A stretch of DNA of 64,000 bases, taken from IMG/VR virus record IMGVR_UViG_3300028394_000035, one strand, 5' to 3'. A program made the position numbers and the translations under genes. Shown here piece after piece: positions 1 to 6,516 of this stretch (position 1 is the first letter of the stretch; the number at the start of each line of letters is the position of its first letter). The notes below the pieces were generated by a model. It worked only from the letters and a program-made list of their open reading frames with translations, was not told the DNA's origin and did no database searches. Origin of the DNA: a virus.

Positions 1-2
1 TG

Positions 3-308
3 ATTGTGTTTCATTATTCTATTTTGTCTGAGGGTATCAATGTGCCTGGACTGACGCATTGTATTATGTTGCGTAATCTTCCTACGATTGAGATGCTTCA
101 AACGATTGGTAGAGTGATACGAGTATCTCAAGAAGATCGGAGTGCAATACAAAACAAACAACTACAACCTGGACAGTTTGAGTTTTACAAGAAGCCATAT
201 GGTAAGATTATCATTCCAGTTTCCAATGGTTATGGTGATCAGATTGCAAAAAAGATTCAAGGACTTGTAGATGTTGTGTTTGTTCAAGGTGAGATAGTTA
301 CTACATAA
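3..308 (+). CDS. Superfamily II helicase, C-terminal fragment (gene begins upstream of window)
   Basis: Frame open from base 3; ILSEGINVP (motif V-like) and QTIGRVIR (motif VI, QxxGRxxR). Confidence 0.8.
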   Translation: MVFHYSILSEGINVPGLTHCIMLRNLPTIEMLQTIGRVIRVSQEDRSAIQNKQLQPGQFEFYKKPYGKIIIPVSNGYGDQIAKKIQGLVDVVFVQGEIVTT

Positions 309-330
309 TATATGTGTTACAAATAGAACT

Positions 331-498
331 ATGGTATTTCAGCCAAAGTACAAAAATTCAGGTAATGATACAAAACTCATTCGAGTACCAAATGTTTATG
401 CTGATCTTGTAGAAGAACTTATGTTAGTTTATGATGCAAGATTTGATACTAAAAAAGGATTGCATTTATTGCGAAAGTATATTTCAAATCTGTCCTAG
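331..498 (+). CDS. 55-aa protein, possible ribbon-helix-helix DNA-binding protein (not in ORF track)
   Basis: Manual translation MVFQPKYKNSGNDTKLIRVPNVYADLVEELMLVYDARFDTKKGLHLLRKYISNLS; T-x-x-I-R-V-P strand followed by predicted helices. Confidence 0.55.
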   Translation: MVFQPKYKNSGNDTKLIRVPNVYADLVEELMLVYDARFDTKKGLHLLRKYISNLS

Positions 499-580
499 TA
501 CAGACACCCTTGTGCCACTAATCGCACTGGCACATAACACTCCCAAAGGCACCCTGGAGGTGCTATAATTACGGAGTAAT
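496..580 (+). promoter_or_regulatory. Early-promoter cassette copy 1: TGTGCCA-N10-TGGCACA palindrome (511-534) plus extended -10 TGcTATAAT (564-569)
   Basis: Related to copies at 1319 and 2603; non-canonical -35; lies upstream of ORF 601. Confidence 0.8.
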
Positions 581-600
581 TCACCAAAGGAGAGAGGGAG

Positions 601-789
601 ATGTTTGTTTGTTGTCCTGTTTCTTTTGATTTGTGCGATGCTGAATGGTTCACTAATCTTGATGATGCAAAGGATGATGCACTTAATTGGAGTGTTGAAC
701 TCAATGGTGAGAATGTAGTTGTATATGAGGCACTTGATGCTGGTGAAGATGGTTATACCTTCAAACCATTAGTTTCCATCTTTTCCTAA
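601..789 (+). CDS. Hypothetical acidic early protein
   Basis: ORF track; purine-rich SD GGAGAGAGGGAG directly upstream. Confidence 0.7.
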   Translation: MFVCCPVSFDLCDAEWFTNLDDAKDDALNWSVELNGENVVVYEALDAGEDGYTFKPLVSIFS

Positions 790-794
790 ACAAA

Positions 795-1001
795 ATGACT
801 ACTATCTCATTCACATCTGGCGAATTGTTAGATATTATCTCTGCTCTTGATGCTGTTGGAGATAATTGTATGGAGGCAGAGAATGTTCTTCTTGCTTCAT
901 ACTATGCCAAATTATCTCAACAATTTGAAATGATTCATGATAAACTTCAGGATTTTGTTCCTGAAGATCGTGTTGCCAACCTTGCCCTAATTGCTAATTG
1001 A
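795..1001 (+). CDS. Hypothetical early protein
   Basis: ORF track; tight operon spacing. Confidence 0.7.
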   Translation: MTTISFTSGELLDIISALDAVGDNCMEAENVLLASYYAKLSQQFEMIHDKLQDFVPEDRVANLALIAN

Positions 1002-1003
1002 TT

Positions 1004-1132
1004 ATGACAATTGACACACTCAACTTCACTGGTAATACTACAACCTATCTGGGTTTTATTGGTGTTATCAGTACTGGCATCATTCTGGTGCTATGCTTCA
1101 CTCGTTATTTCAATTCTCCCCTGAACAAATGA
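1004..1132 (+). CDS. 42-aa single-pass membrane peptide (not in ORF track)
   Basis: MTIDTLNFTGNTTTYLGFIGVISTGIILVLCFTRYFNSPLNK; hydrophobic core; ATGA overlap with next ORF. Confidence 0.7.
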   Translation: MTIDTLNFTGNTTTYLGFIGVISTGIILVLCFTRYFNSPLNK

Positions 1133-1320
1133 CTACTCAACAGATGTATGATGAGCTAATGGAAGGTTATTTGCTCCAAACAAGAGAACAAATACAGCAG
1201 GATTTAATTACACTCCTTGACTCACAATTTGGTGAGGTAGAGTATCTTGACGAAGTTAGGACTCTTGCCTGTCAAATTGTAGTTGACAACTTTGACAAAT
1301 TCTTTTCAAAAGTCAAATGA
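1129..1320 (+). CDS. Hypothetical acidic protein (start revised from 1093 to ATG 1129)
   Basis: ATGA translational coupling to the 1004-1132 ORF. Confidence 0.7.
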   Translation: MTTQQMYDELMEGYLLQTREQIQQDLITLLDSQFGEVEYLDEVRTLACQIVVDNFDKFFSKVK

Positions 1321-1422
1321 TACTAATACTTCAGGTAGTACAGACACCCTTGTGCCAGTTGTGCAACTGTCCATAACATCACCCAAACCCCCTCAGTCCG
1401 TGCTATGATTACGGAGTAATCA
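1319..1422 (+). promoter_or_regulatory. Early-promoter cassette copy 2 (palindrome 1351-1374, -10 TGcTATGAT 1404-1409)
   Basis: 104-nt element; first 44 nt and last 41 nt are identical to the copy at 2603-2706. Confidence 0.85.
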
Positions 1423-1432
1423 ACCAAAACAG

Positions 1433-1690
1433 ATGACCACCGCAACCTACCAACTCAATGCTCTTGACATCTCTTATAATGGTTGGAACAACTATGAGAC
1501 CTGGAATGTTGCTTTGTGGATAAACAATGTTGAGGGTTTGTATCACTTAGCACAGAACTGTGGTGATTACGAAACTCTGGTAAAATGTCTTTATGAGGAT
1601 TATGGAGTGACTGAAACAAAGGACGGTGTTAAGTTCAATTCTCCGAAGGTGAATGTGGTTCAAATTAACTCTGAGGTGTTTGACTTCTAA
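1433..1690 (+). CDS. Conserved phage hypothetical protein (YNGWNNYETWNVALW motif)
   Basis: ORF track; motif typical of cyanophage early genes. Confidence 0.75.
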   Translation: MTTATYQLNALDISYNGWNNYETWNVALWINNVEGLYHLAQNCGDYETLVKCLYEDYGVTETKDGVKFNSPKVNVVQINSEVFDF

Positions 1691-1729
1691 TTATCATTGT
1701 CTCAACATACCAACTTCACCCAAATTCAA

Positions 1730-1894
1730 ATGACCGAACAATCCTACTCTTTCCGGGGCATCTTCACTGACAAAAACTACTCTACTCGCCTTAATTATAT
1801 GGCAGAAACTGCTCAAGATGCCTGGAATTTGTGTGCAAAACTAAATCCCACTTTTCTTGTACAATCCTGGGGATTCGAGGGTCAAGTTGACTGA
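1730..1894 (+). CDS. Hypothetical protein (probable ATG start 1730)
   Basis: ORF track 1697-1894; ATG preceded by A/C-rich leader like neighbouring genes. Confidence 0.6.
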   Translation: MTEQSYSFRGIFTDKNYSTRLNYMAETAQDAWNLCAKLNPTFLVQSWGFEGQVD

Positions 1895-1935
1895 AACTAC
1901 CTTGTCCCTATCCACAAACCAACTCAAACCACACA

Positions 1936-2097
1936 ATGCCTTACACCGTCTACATCACCGAAACCAGTTACACTTCTGCTGTCTTTGCTACTAAGGAAGA
2001 AGCAGAGGCATTTATGGAAGAACCTGACTATGATTTGTGCGGTAGTTGGGAACTCTCCAATTCCAACATCGAACTGGTTGAGGAGGTGACACCCTAA
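1936..2097 (+). CDS. 53-aa acidic hypothetical protein (not in ORF track)
   Basis: MPYTVYITETSYTSAVFATKEEAEAFMEEPDYDLCGSWELSNSNIELVEEVTP; fills the gap on the coding strand. Confidence 0.65.
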   Translation: MPYTVYITETSYTSAVFATKEEAEAFMEEPDYDLCGSWELSNSNIELVEEVTP

Positions 2098-2144
2098 CAA
2101 CTGGCACAAGAGGGCACCAGGATCGCCTCCAGTGCCCTTATACT
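2085..2144 (+). promoter_or_regulatory. Degenerate early-promoter cassette copy (AACTGGCACA half-site, AGGGCAC/GTGCCCT inverted repeat, -10 TATACT 2139-2144)
   Basis: Right half-site TGGCACA lies 30 nt upstream of the -10, versus 29 nt in the other copies. Confidence 0.6.
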
Positions 2145-2174
2145 TTAAGAGCAAACCACACACACCAAACCCAA

Positions 2175-2603
2175 ATGACTCTCACTGCTGTTCCAATTGA
2201 AATTGCTTCTGAACTATCACAGAAAGCATTAGATTATATTACTGAGTTAGTAGAGGGCACATATGCTCTGGAAGATATCCTACAATTTATCACAGAATAC
2301 AACAGTGATGATTTCATTAATTATTATGTTGATTATGTAGAGCAAGGTGAGAAAGTTGGGTTTGATGTTGTTGATGCTTTCTTAGAAGAAAATAATATTT
2401 CTGATGTGCATCAAGTAGAGAATGTTTATATGGGTGAGTATGAGTCAGAGGCAGACTTTGCCGAGAATTACTATAATGATATCATGGATGTCCCTGATGC
2501 ATTAGTAATAGACTGGAAGGAAACATTCCATCAATCACTATCATATGATTATGATTATGTGAAAGGACATATGAAAGGTTATGTATTCCAACACGACTTT
2601 TAG
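2175..2603 (+). CDS. ArdA-like antirestriction (DNA mimic) protein
   Basis: Very acidic; C-terminal YMGEYESEADFAENYY...VPDALVIDWKETF resembles the ArdA C-terminal signature. Confidence 0.6.
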   Translation: MTLTAVPIEIASELSQKALDYITELVEGTYALEDILQFITEYNSDDFINYYVDYVEQGEKVGFDVVDAFLEENNISDVHQVENVYMGEYESEADFAENYYNDIMDVPDALVIDWKETFHQSLSYDYDYVKGHMKGYVFQHDF

Positions 2604-2706
2604 ATACTAATACTTCAGGTAGTACAGACACCCTTGTGCCAGTTGTAGCACTGGCACATAACACTCCCAAACCCCCTCAGTCCGTGCTATGATTACGGAG
2701 TAATCA
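2603..2706 (+). promoter_or_regulatory. Early-promoter cassette copy 3 (palindrome 2635-2658, -10 TGcTATGAT 2688-2693)
   Basis: 104-nt direct repeat of 1319-1422; its central 24 nt are identical to copy 1. Confidence 0.85.
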
Positions 2707-2719
2707 GAAAAAAGCAGGC

Positions 2720-3052
2720 ATGTCCTTCACCAAAACTCAAGAACAGAAACAAGAGCGTTGGGCACGTATTGCTGAACTTGAAGTATCGAAGAGAGTTATG
2801 ACTTCTGCTCAATCTATTAGTGCCCGTAACAAACAAAAGAAAGCAACTATATTAGCAGACAAAGCAGAGAATTTACTTAACTCTCTCACACAGTCTGCAA
2901 GAGTATCTAAAGCACCGATGGGAACTAATCCTCTGACAGTAGAAGATAAGGCACCTGTACCTGATGCTAATACCTTCTTACCTAATAGAAAGAAGATAGA
3001 TCAATTAGCAGTTAAGGCAAATCAAATCATTGATGATATTCTTAAAGGTTAA
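2720..3052 (+). CDS. Hypothetical basic protein
   Basis: ORF track; directly downstream of cassette 3. Confidence 0.7.
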   Translation: MSFTKTQEQKQERWARIAELEVSKRVMTSAQSISARNKQKKATILADKAENLLNSLTQSARVSKAPMGTNPLTVEDKAPVPDANTFLPNRKKIDQLAVKANQIIDDILKG

Positions 3053-3073
3053 TCTCTTTATTTCTCAAATCAA

Positions 3074-3256
3074 ATGAACAAACAAACCTGCATTGATGAA
3101 CTGATTGAAACATTTATGAATCGTCTTGAGTATTTGATTGACATAGATGATTATGCTAGTGCCGATGCAATTCACTCTGAATTTGTTGTGAATGGAATTG
3201 AACCTGAACACGGTGAATACATCTGGTTATTTGTTCCAAACCTTTCTCTTTATTAG
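3074..3256 (+). CDS. Hypothetical acidic protein
   Basis: ORF track; cyanophage-like small ORF. Confidence 0.7.
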   Translation: MNKQTCIDELIETFMNRLEYLIDIDDYASADAIHSEFVVNGIEPEHGEYIWLFVPNLSLY

Positions 3257-3284
3257 TAACTCTCTCACTTCATTCATTAATCAA

Positions 3285-3413
3285 ATGACTATTCGTTTCA
3301 CTCAAGACATTCACACAAAGCAAACTGTTTATGTAGTATGTGATCTCTCTGGTCAGTGTATATTGTTGACTACACTTATCTGTGATGCGATTGCTAAAGT
3401 ACAAGAAATGTGA
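3285..3413 (+). CDS. 42-aa hypothetical protein (ATG 3285)
   Basis: C-terminal part of ORF track entry 3192-3413; ATG start avoids overlap with the previous gene. Confidence 0.5.
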   Translation: MTIRFTQDIHTKQTVYVVCDLSGQCILLTTLICDAIAKVQEM

Positions 3414-3550
3414 TATGTGTGTCTGCTATTGATGTAATTAGAAATGATTAATTAATGTTATTAAAAACATATGTGTTATATTTTGCTATTATAGTATAAT
3501 GTCTGTTATTATGAAGTATTATAAGTTCTTATTGTCTTCTAAGGCTGTTA

Positions 3551-3579
3551 ATTATAACACACCACAGTTTATTTGTCAA
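3551..3579 (-). promoter_or_regulatory. Consensus sigma70 promoter, leftward (TTGACA-17-TATAAT, extended -10)
   Basis: tgtcaa at 3574-3579 and attata at 3551-3556 on the + strand. Confidence 0.7.
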
Positions 3580-3623
3580 GTGTTTCCAAGGGATTATAAG
3601 ATTTCCGACACATTCTGAGACAC

Positions 3624-3653
3624 TTGACAACCCCCGACTTCGTGTGTTATAAT
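3624..3653 (+). promoter_or_regulatory. Consensus sigma70 promoter, rightward (TTGACA-18-TATAAT, extended -10 TG)
   Basis: TTGACA 3624-3629, TATAAT 3648-3653. Confidence 0.7.
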
Positions 3654-3709
3654 GACTTCGTGGACTGAGATAATAACTTCGTGTATCTGTGAGTATGATA
3701 CTACTTCGT

Positions 3710-4024
3710 CCTGTGGAAAACTACTTTTCCACAGGTTGTTCGTGGTAGTATAGAGTATAAGAACTGTTCGTTGTAATAGTTTTCCACAGGTTTAGAAGTA
3801 GTTGTAGTATTTGCAAGGGTTTATAAGATTTACCCTGTGGAAAACTCTCATAAACCTGTGGAAAACTCTTCGTTTACCTGTGGAAAACTACACAAACCTG
3901 TGGAAAACCTCATAAGATTGTGGAATACCTGTGGAAAACTCTTCGTTTACCTGTGGAAAACCTTTATCGTCCTGTGGAAAACCTTTATCGTCCTGTGGAA
4001 AACCTTTATCGTCCTGTGGAAAAC
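3710..4024. repeat. Array of 12 TTTTCCACA nonamers plus 1 variant (cyanobacterial DnaA-box consensus); putative origin or DnaA-binding locus
   Basis: Boxes start at 3712, 3725, 3780, 3836, 3857, 3879, 3899, 3919 (variant), 3930, 3952, 3973, 3994 and 4015; includes a perfect 21-bp tandem x3 (3950-4012). The repeat is certain; its function is inferred. Confidence 0.9.
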
Positions 4025-4416
4025 TCTCAGTTCTTCTAATTATGATACCCCCGGTACAGTTATTTTACATACCCTGGGTATAGTTTATATTAATATCAAT
4101 CAATTTAGTATAATAACCAATATTTTGTAGTTCGTGTATATTATTATACAGCACTATTTGACAGTTATATTCAACGTTGTTTGTTTGTTATTATAAACCG
4201 ATGCCTAAAGTAAAAACGCATAACTACCCTAACCTACAACGGACCAAAAACGAGAGAGTGATTACGAGTCCGTTTCAAATCGCATAAGTGTTTCCCCTCT
4301 TTTATAAAAAATTTCGGAGGAAAAAAATACACAAAAAAGGTTTCTCACATAATATCGCACAAATCAAAGTATCATAATGCCTATATAATTTTTGAAGACC
4401 CAAAACAAAAAAAAAG

Positions 4417-4569
4417 ATGAAATTAGAATTTGACGAATTTGAAAAAGATTTACTAATTGATACAATTCAACATAGGTTGGATACAGATAAGGTATTGGTA
4501 ATTAACAATTCACTAAAAGAAGAACTCACAGAATTACTTCGAAAAGTCGAAGAAGATGAATACTTATAA
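4417..4569 (+). CDS. 50-aa hypothetical protein (not in ORF track)
   Basis: MKLEFDEFEKDLLIDTIQHRLDTDKVLVINNSLKEELTELLRKVEEDEYL. Confidence 0.6.
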   Translation: MKLEFDEFEKDLLIDTIQHRLDTDKVLVINNSLKEELTELLRKVEEDEYL

Positions 4570-4726
4570 TATTGAGGTAAAAGGAATTTCTATATTAAGC
4601 CAAATCCCTCAGAATGATTTACAGAAGAATCTGAAACTTATCAGAGGACTTGTATGGACTTCTGGGGGGAATGACAAGGACATTGAAGTTACACTAAATA
4701 AAACAAATCCACCTTGCAAAATTTGA
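4556..4726 (+). CDS. 56-aa hypothetical protein (not in ORF track)
   Basis: MNTYNIEVKGISILSQIPQNDLQKNLKLIRGLVWTSGGNDKDIEVTLNKTNPPCKI; short overlap with the previous ORF. Confidence 0.55.
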   Translation: MNTYNIEVKGISILSQIPQNDLQKNLKLIRGLVWTSGGNDKDIEVTLNKTNPPCKI

Positions 4727-4742
4727 TTTGCGGTGGTAGAAT
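4714..4742 (+). promoter_or_regulatory. Sigma70-type promoter TTGCAA-17-TAGAAT
   Basis: Correct spacing, TG extended -10, upstream of ORF 4767. Confidence 0.55.
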
Positions 4743-4766
4743 GTAAACGTTACTATTTCAATTTTT

Positions 4767-5519
4767 ATGGCAAAAGGATTTACAGTTAAAGCAAAGGCAC
4801 CATTAAGTACATCATCAACAGATGATTTTAATTTACAGGCAACTAAAGAATTAATTAAAGGAAAGTCGGTTGTATTTTGTCTTCCAGGTCGTGGAGTATC
4901 ATATACATATTTAAAGAATTTTGTTCAGTTATGTTTTGATCTTGTGCAGAATGGTGCAAGCATTCAAATATCACAGGATTATTCTTCCATGGTAAACTTT
5001 GCACGTTGCAAATGTTTAGGTGCAAATGTTCTCAGGGGACCAAAACAAATACCTTGGGATGGAAAACTTCAATATGATTATCAACTTTGGATTGATAGTG
5101 ATATCGTATTTGATACAGAAAAGTTTTATCGTCTTGTAGCAATGGATAAAGACATCGCAGCAGGGTGGTATATGACTGAAGATGGTCATACTACCTCAGT
5201 TGCTCATTGGTTAGAAGAAGACGATTTTAGGGGCAATGGAGGAGTCATGAATCATGAAACTGGAGATACAATGAGTAAAAGGCGCAAACCATTTACAGTC
5301 GATTATACAGGATTTGGTTGGGTACTGATTAAAAAAGGAGTATTTGAAAAACTTGAATATCCTTGGTTTGCTCCTAAAATGCAAGTCTTTGAATCTGGAG
5401 AAGTGCAAGATATGTGCGGAGAAGATGTTTCTTTCTGTCTCGATGCAAAAGAAGCAGGTTATGAGATTTGGTGTGATCCACAGATTCGTGTCGGACATGA
5501 AAAGATGAGAGTTATCTGA
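4767..5519 (+). CDS. Glycosyltransferase-like protein (GT-A fold), conserved in cyanomyoviruses
   Basis: LWIDSDIVF (DxD motif), TGFGWVLIK, GEDVSFC and RVGHEK motifs. Confidence 0.7.
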   Translation: MAKGFTVKAKAPLSTSSTDDFNLQATKELIKGKSVVFCLPGRGVSYTYLKNFVQLCFDLVQNGASIQISQDYSSMVNFARCKCLGANVLRGPKQIPWDGKLQYDYQLWIDSDIVFDTEKFYRLVAMDKDIAAGWYMTEDGHTTSVAHWLEEDDFRGNGGVMNHETGDTMSKRRKPFTVDYTGFGWVLIKKGVFEKLEYPWFAPKMQVFESGEVQDMCGEDVSFCLDAKEAGYEIWCDPQIRVGHEKMRVI

Positions 5520-5540
5520 GCATTATCTCTCAGACATTTC

Positions 5541-5569
5541 TTGACGTTTTCAGTGGTTTAACTTAGAAT
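5541..5569 (+). promoter_or_regulatory. Sigma70-type promoter TTGACG-17-TAGAAT
   Basis: Hexamers at 5541-5546 and 5564-5569. Confidence 0.55.
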
Positions 5570-5609
5570 ACCTCTATGAGATTTAAACAAGTCTTATAGA
5601 GGTATTTTT
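5565..5609 (+). other. Long inverted repeat (about 17-bp stem, 10-nt loop); terminator or operator
   Basis: AATACCTCTATGAGA pairs with TCTTATAGAGGTATT; overlaps the -10 of the 5541 promoter. Confidence 0.55.
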
Positions 5610-5717
5610 CTATATCTCAGAGATGTTATAGGAACTGCTTCTTATAACATTCTTATAAAACTTACGCAAAAATCCCGTCAAAAACCGTTTTTTGAACAAA
5701 AAAGGAGAAGAATTAAA

Positions 5718-5855
5718 ATGGCACTAAATAAAAAAGATCAAAAGATTGATAGTACACCTAAGAATACACTTCAAGGACAAGGAAAGAATACAAAGTATTC
5801 GAAGACAAGTCGAAATTCCGCTCGAAAAAAATATAGAGGTCAAGGTAAAGGATAA
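5718..5855 (+). CDS. 45-aa highly basic peptide ending KKYRGQGKG (not in ORF track)
   Basis: SD AAGGAG upstream; MALNKKDQKIDSTPKNTLQGQGKNTKYSKTSRNSARKKYRGQGKG. Confidence 0.75.
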   Translation: MALNKKDQKIDSTPKNTLQGQGKNTKYSKTSRNSARKKYRGQGKG

Positions 5856-5857
5856 AA

Positions 5858-6487
5858 ATGGCTTATCTAAATCACAGCCTTCCAGATTGGAGTTGTTATA
5901 TTCGTAATGAGTTTCTTTTTAATCATATAAAGGGGCATGGCGAAGTAACCAAATGTGATGTGCATTGTGTTGCTAGTATTGAAAAAAGAGTTCCTTTGTT
6001 TGAGGCATTTCTTGAAAATGGTGTAAATTGGACTCGTAGACCTCTTCATGCCTTTTGTTGGAAATCAGATGCACCAATTGAACCATTGGAAGATATTATG
6101 TACTGGGATTGTTTTTCGCCATATATTGACGTTCAGAAACGAGCACGTCTTTCTGGATTGCAGGCAGAATTAATTCGTCCTGACGGAAAAAAGGTGATTG
6201 GAAGTTATATGTTTACTCTTGATTGGTCATGGGAAAATAAAGGAGTCACTGATCTTAATTTTTCAGAGACTCCTGAACATAAATGTGCTCATTTGTTCAA
6301 GATGGAAACTGGAAATTACTATGCATACCCAAATAATAGAATTATATGGTATGATAGTGCCTGGACATTCAATCGCATTGAATCAAATCCTGGATATGAG
6401 ATTGATATGAATTTATATTCCGTAGAAAATAAAAGAAAAATAGAAACATCTAATCATTACATGTATGAAATTACAAATTTAAATTAA
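5858..6487 (+). CDS. Conserved hypothetical protein (MAYLNH..P / YPNNR family)
   Basis: ORF track; motifs typical of a cyanomyovirus conserved gene. Confidence 0.8.
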   Translation: MAYLNHSLPDWSCYIRNEFLFNHIKGHGEVTKCDVHCVASIEKRVPLFEAFLENGVNWTRRPLHAFCWKSDAPIEPLEDIMYWDCFSPYIDVQKRARLSGLQAELIRPDGKKVIGSYMFTLDWSWENKGVTDLNFSETPEHKCAHLFKMETGNYYAYPNNRIIWYDSAWTFNRIESNPGYEIDMNLYSVENKRKIETSNHYMYEITNLN

Positions 6488-6488
6488 A

Positions 6489-6495
6489 ATAAATA
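6489..6495 (+). promoter_or_regulatory. T4-type late promoter ATAAATA
   Basis: Intergenic, upstream of speD; similar (A/C)TAAATA motifs at 21696, 31025, 36254, 37753, 44631 and 50468 precede structural genes. Confidence 0.5.
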
Positions 6496-6516
6496 ATTTT
6501 TTTAGTATCATAATTA

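Noticed and set aside
511-534. Early palindrome as a CRP or NtcA site
   Set aside because: Spacing is TGTG-N16-CACA, not the CRP TGTGA-N6-TCACA; no GTA-N8-TAC at the expected position
495-704. Minus-strand and nested alternative-frame ORFs listed throughout the track (e.g. 495-704, 1924-2163, 18717-20123, 47965-48267)
   Set aside because: They are shadows of well-supported + strand genes or regulatory repeats; no SDs or recognisable motifs
3710-4024. Repeat array as a CRISPR array
   Set aside because: Repeats are only 9-11 bp with 2-13 bp spacers that are themselves repeated; no cas genes
3837-4130. 97-aa ORF (LWKTFIV repeats) in the ORF track
   Set aside because: It is simply a translation of the 21-bp repeat array, with a GTG start, no SD and low complexity
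3414-4416. Dam/SeqA-type (GATC) control of the putative origin
   Set aside because: No GATC cluster seen in the box array despite the phage dam gene
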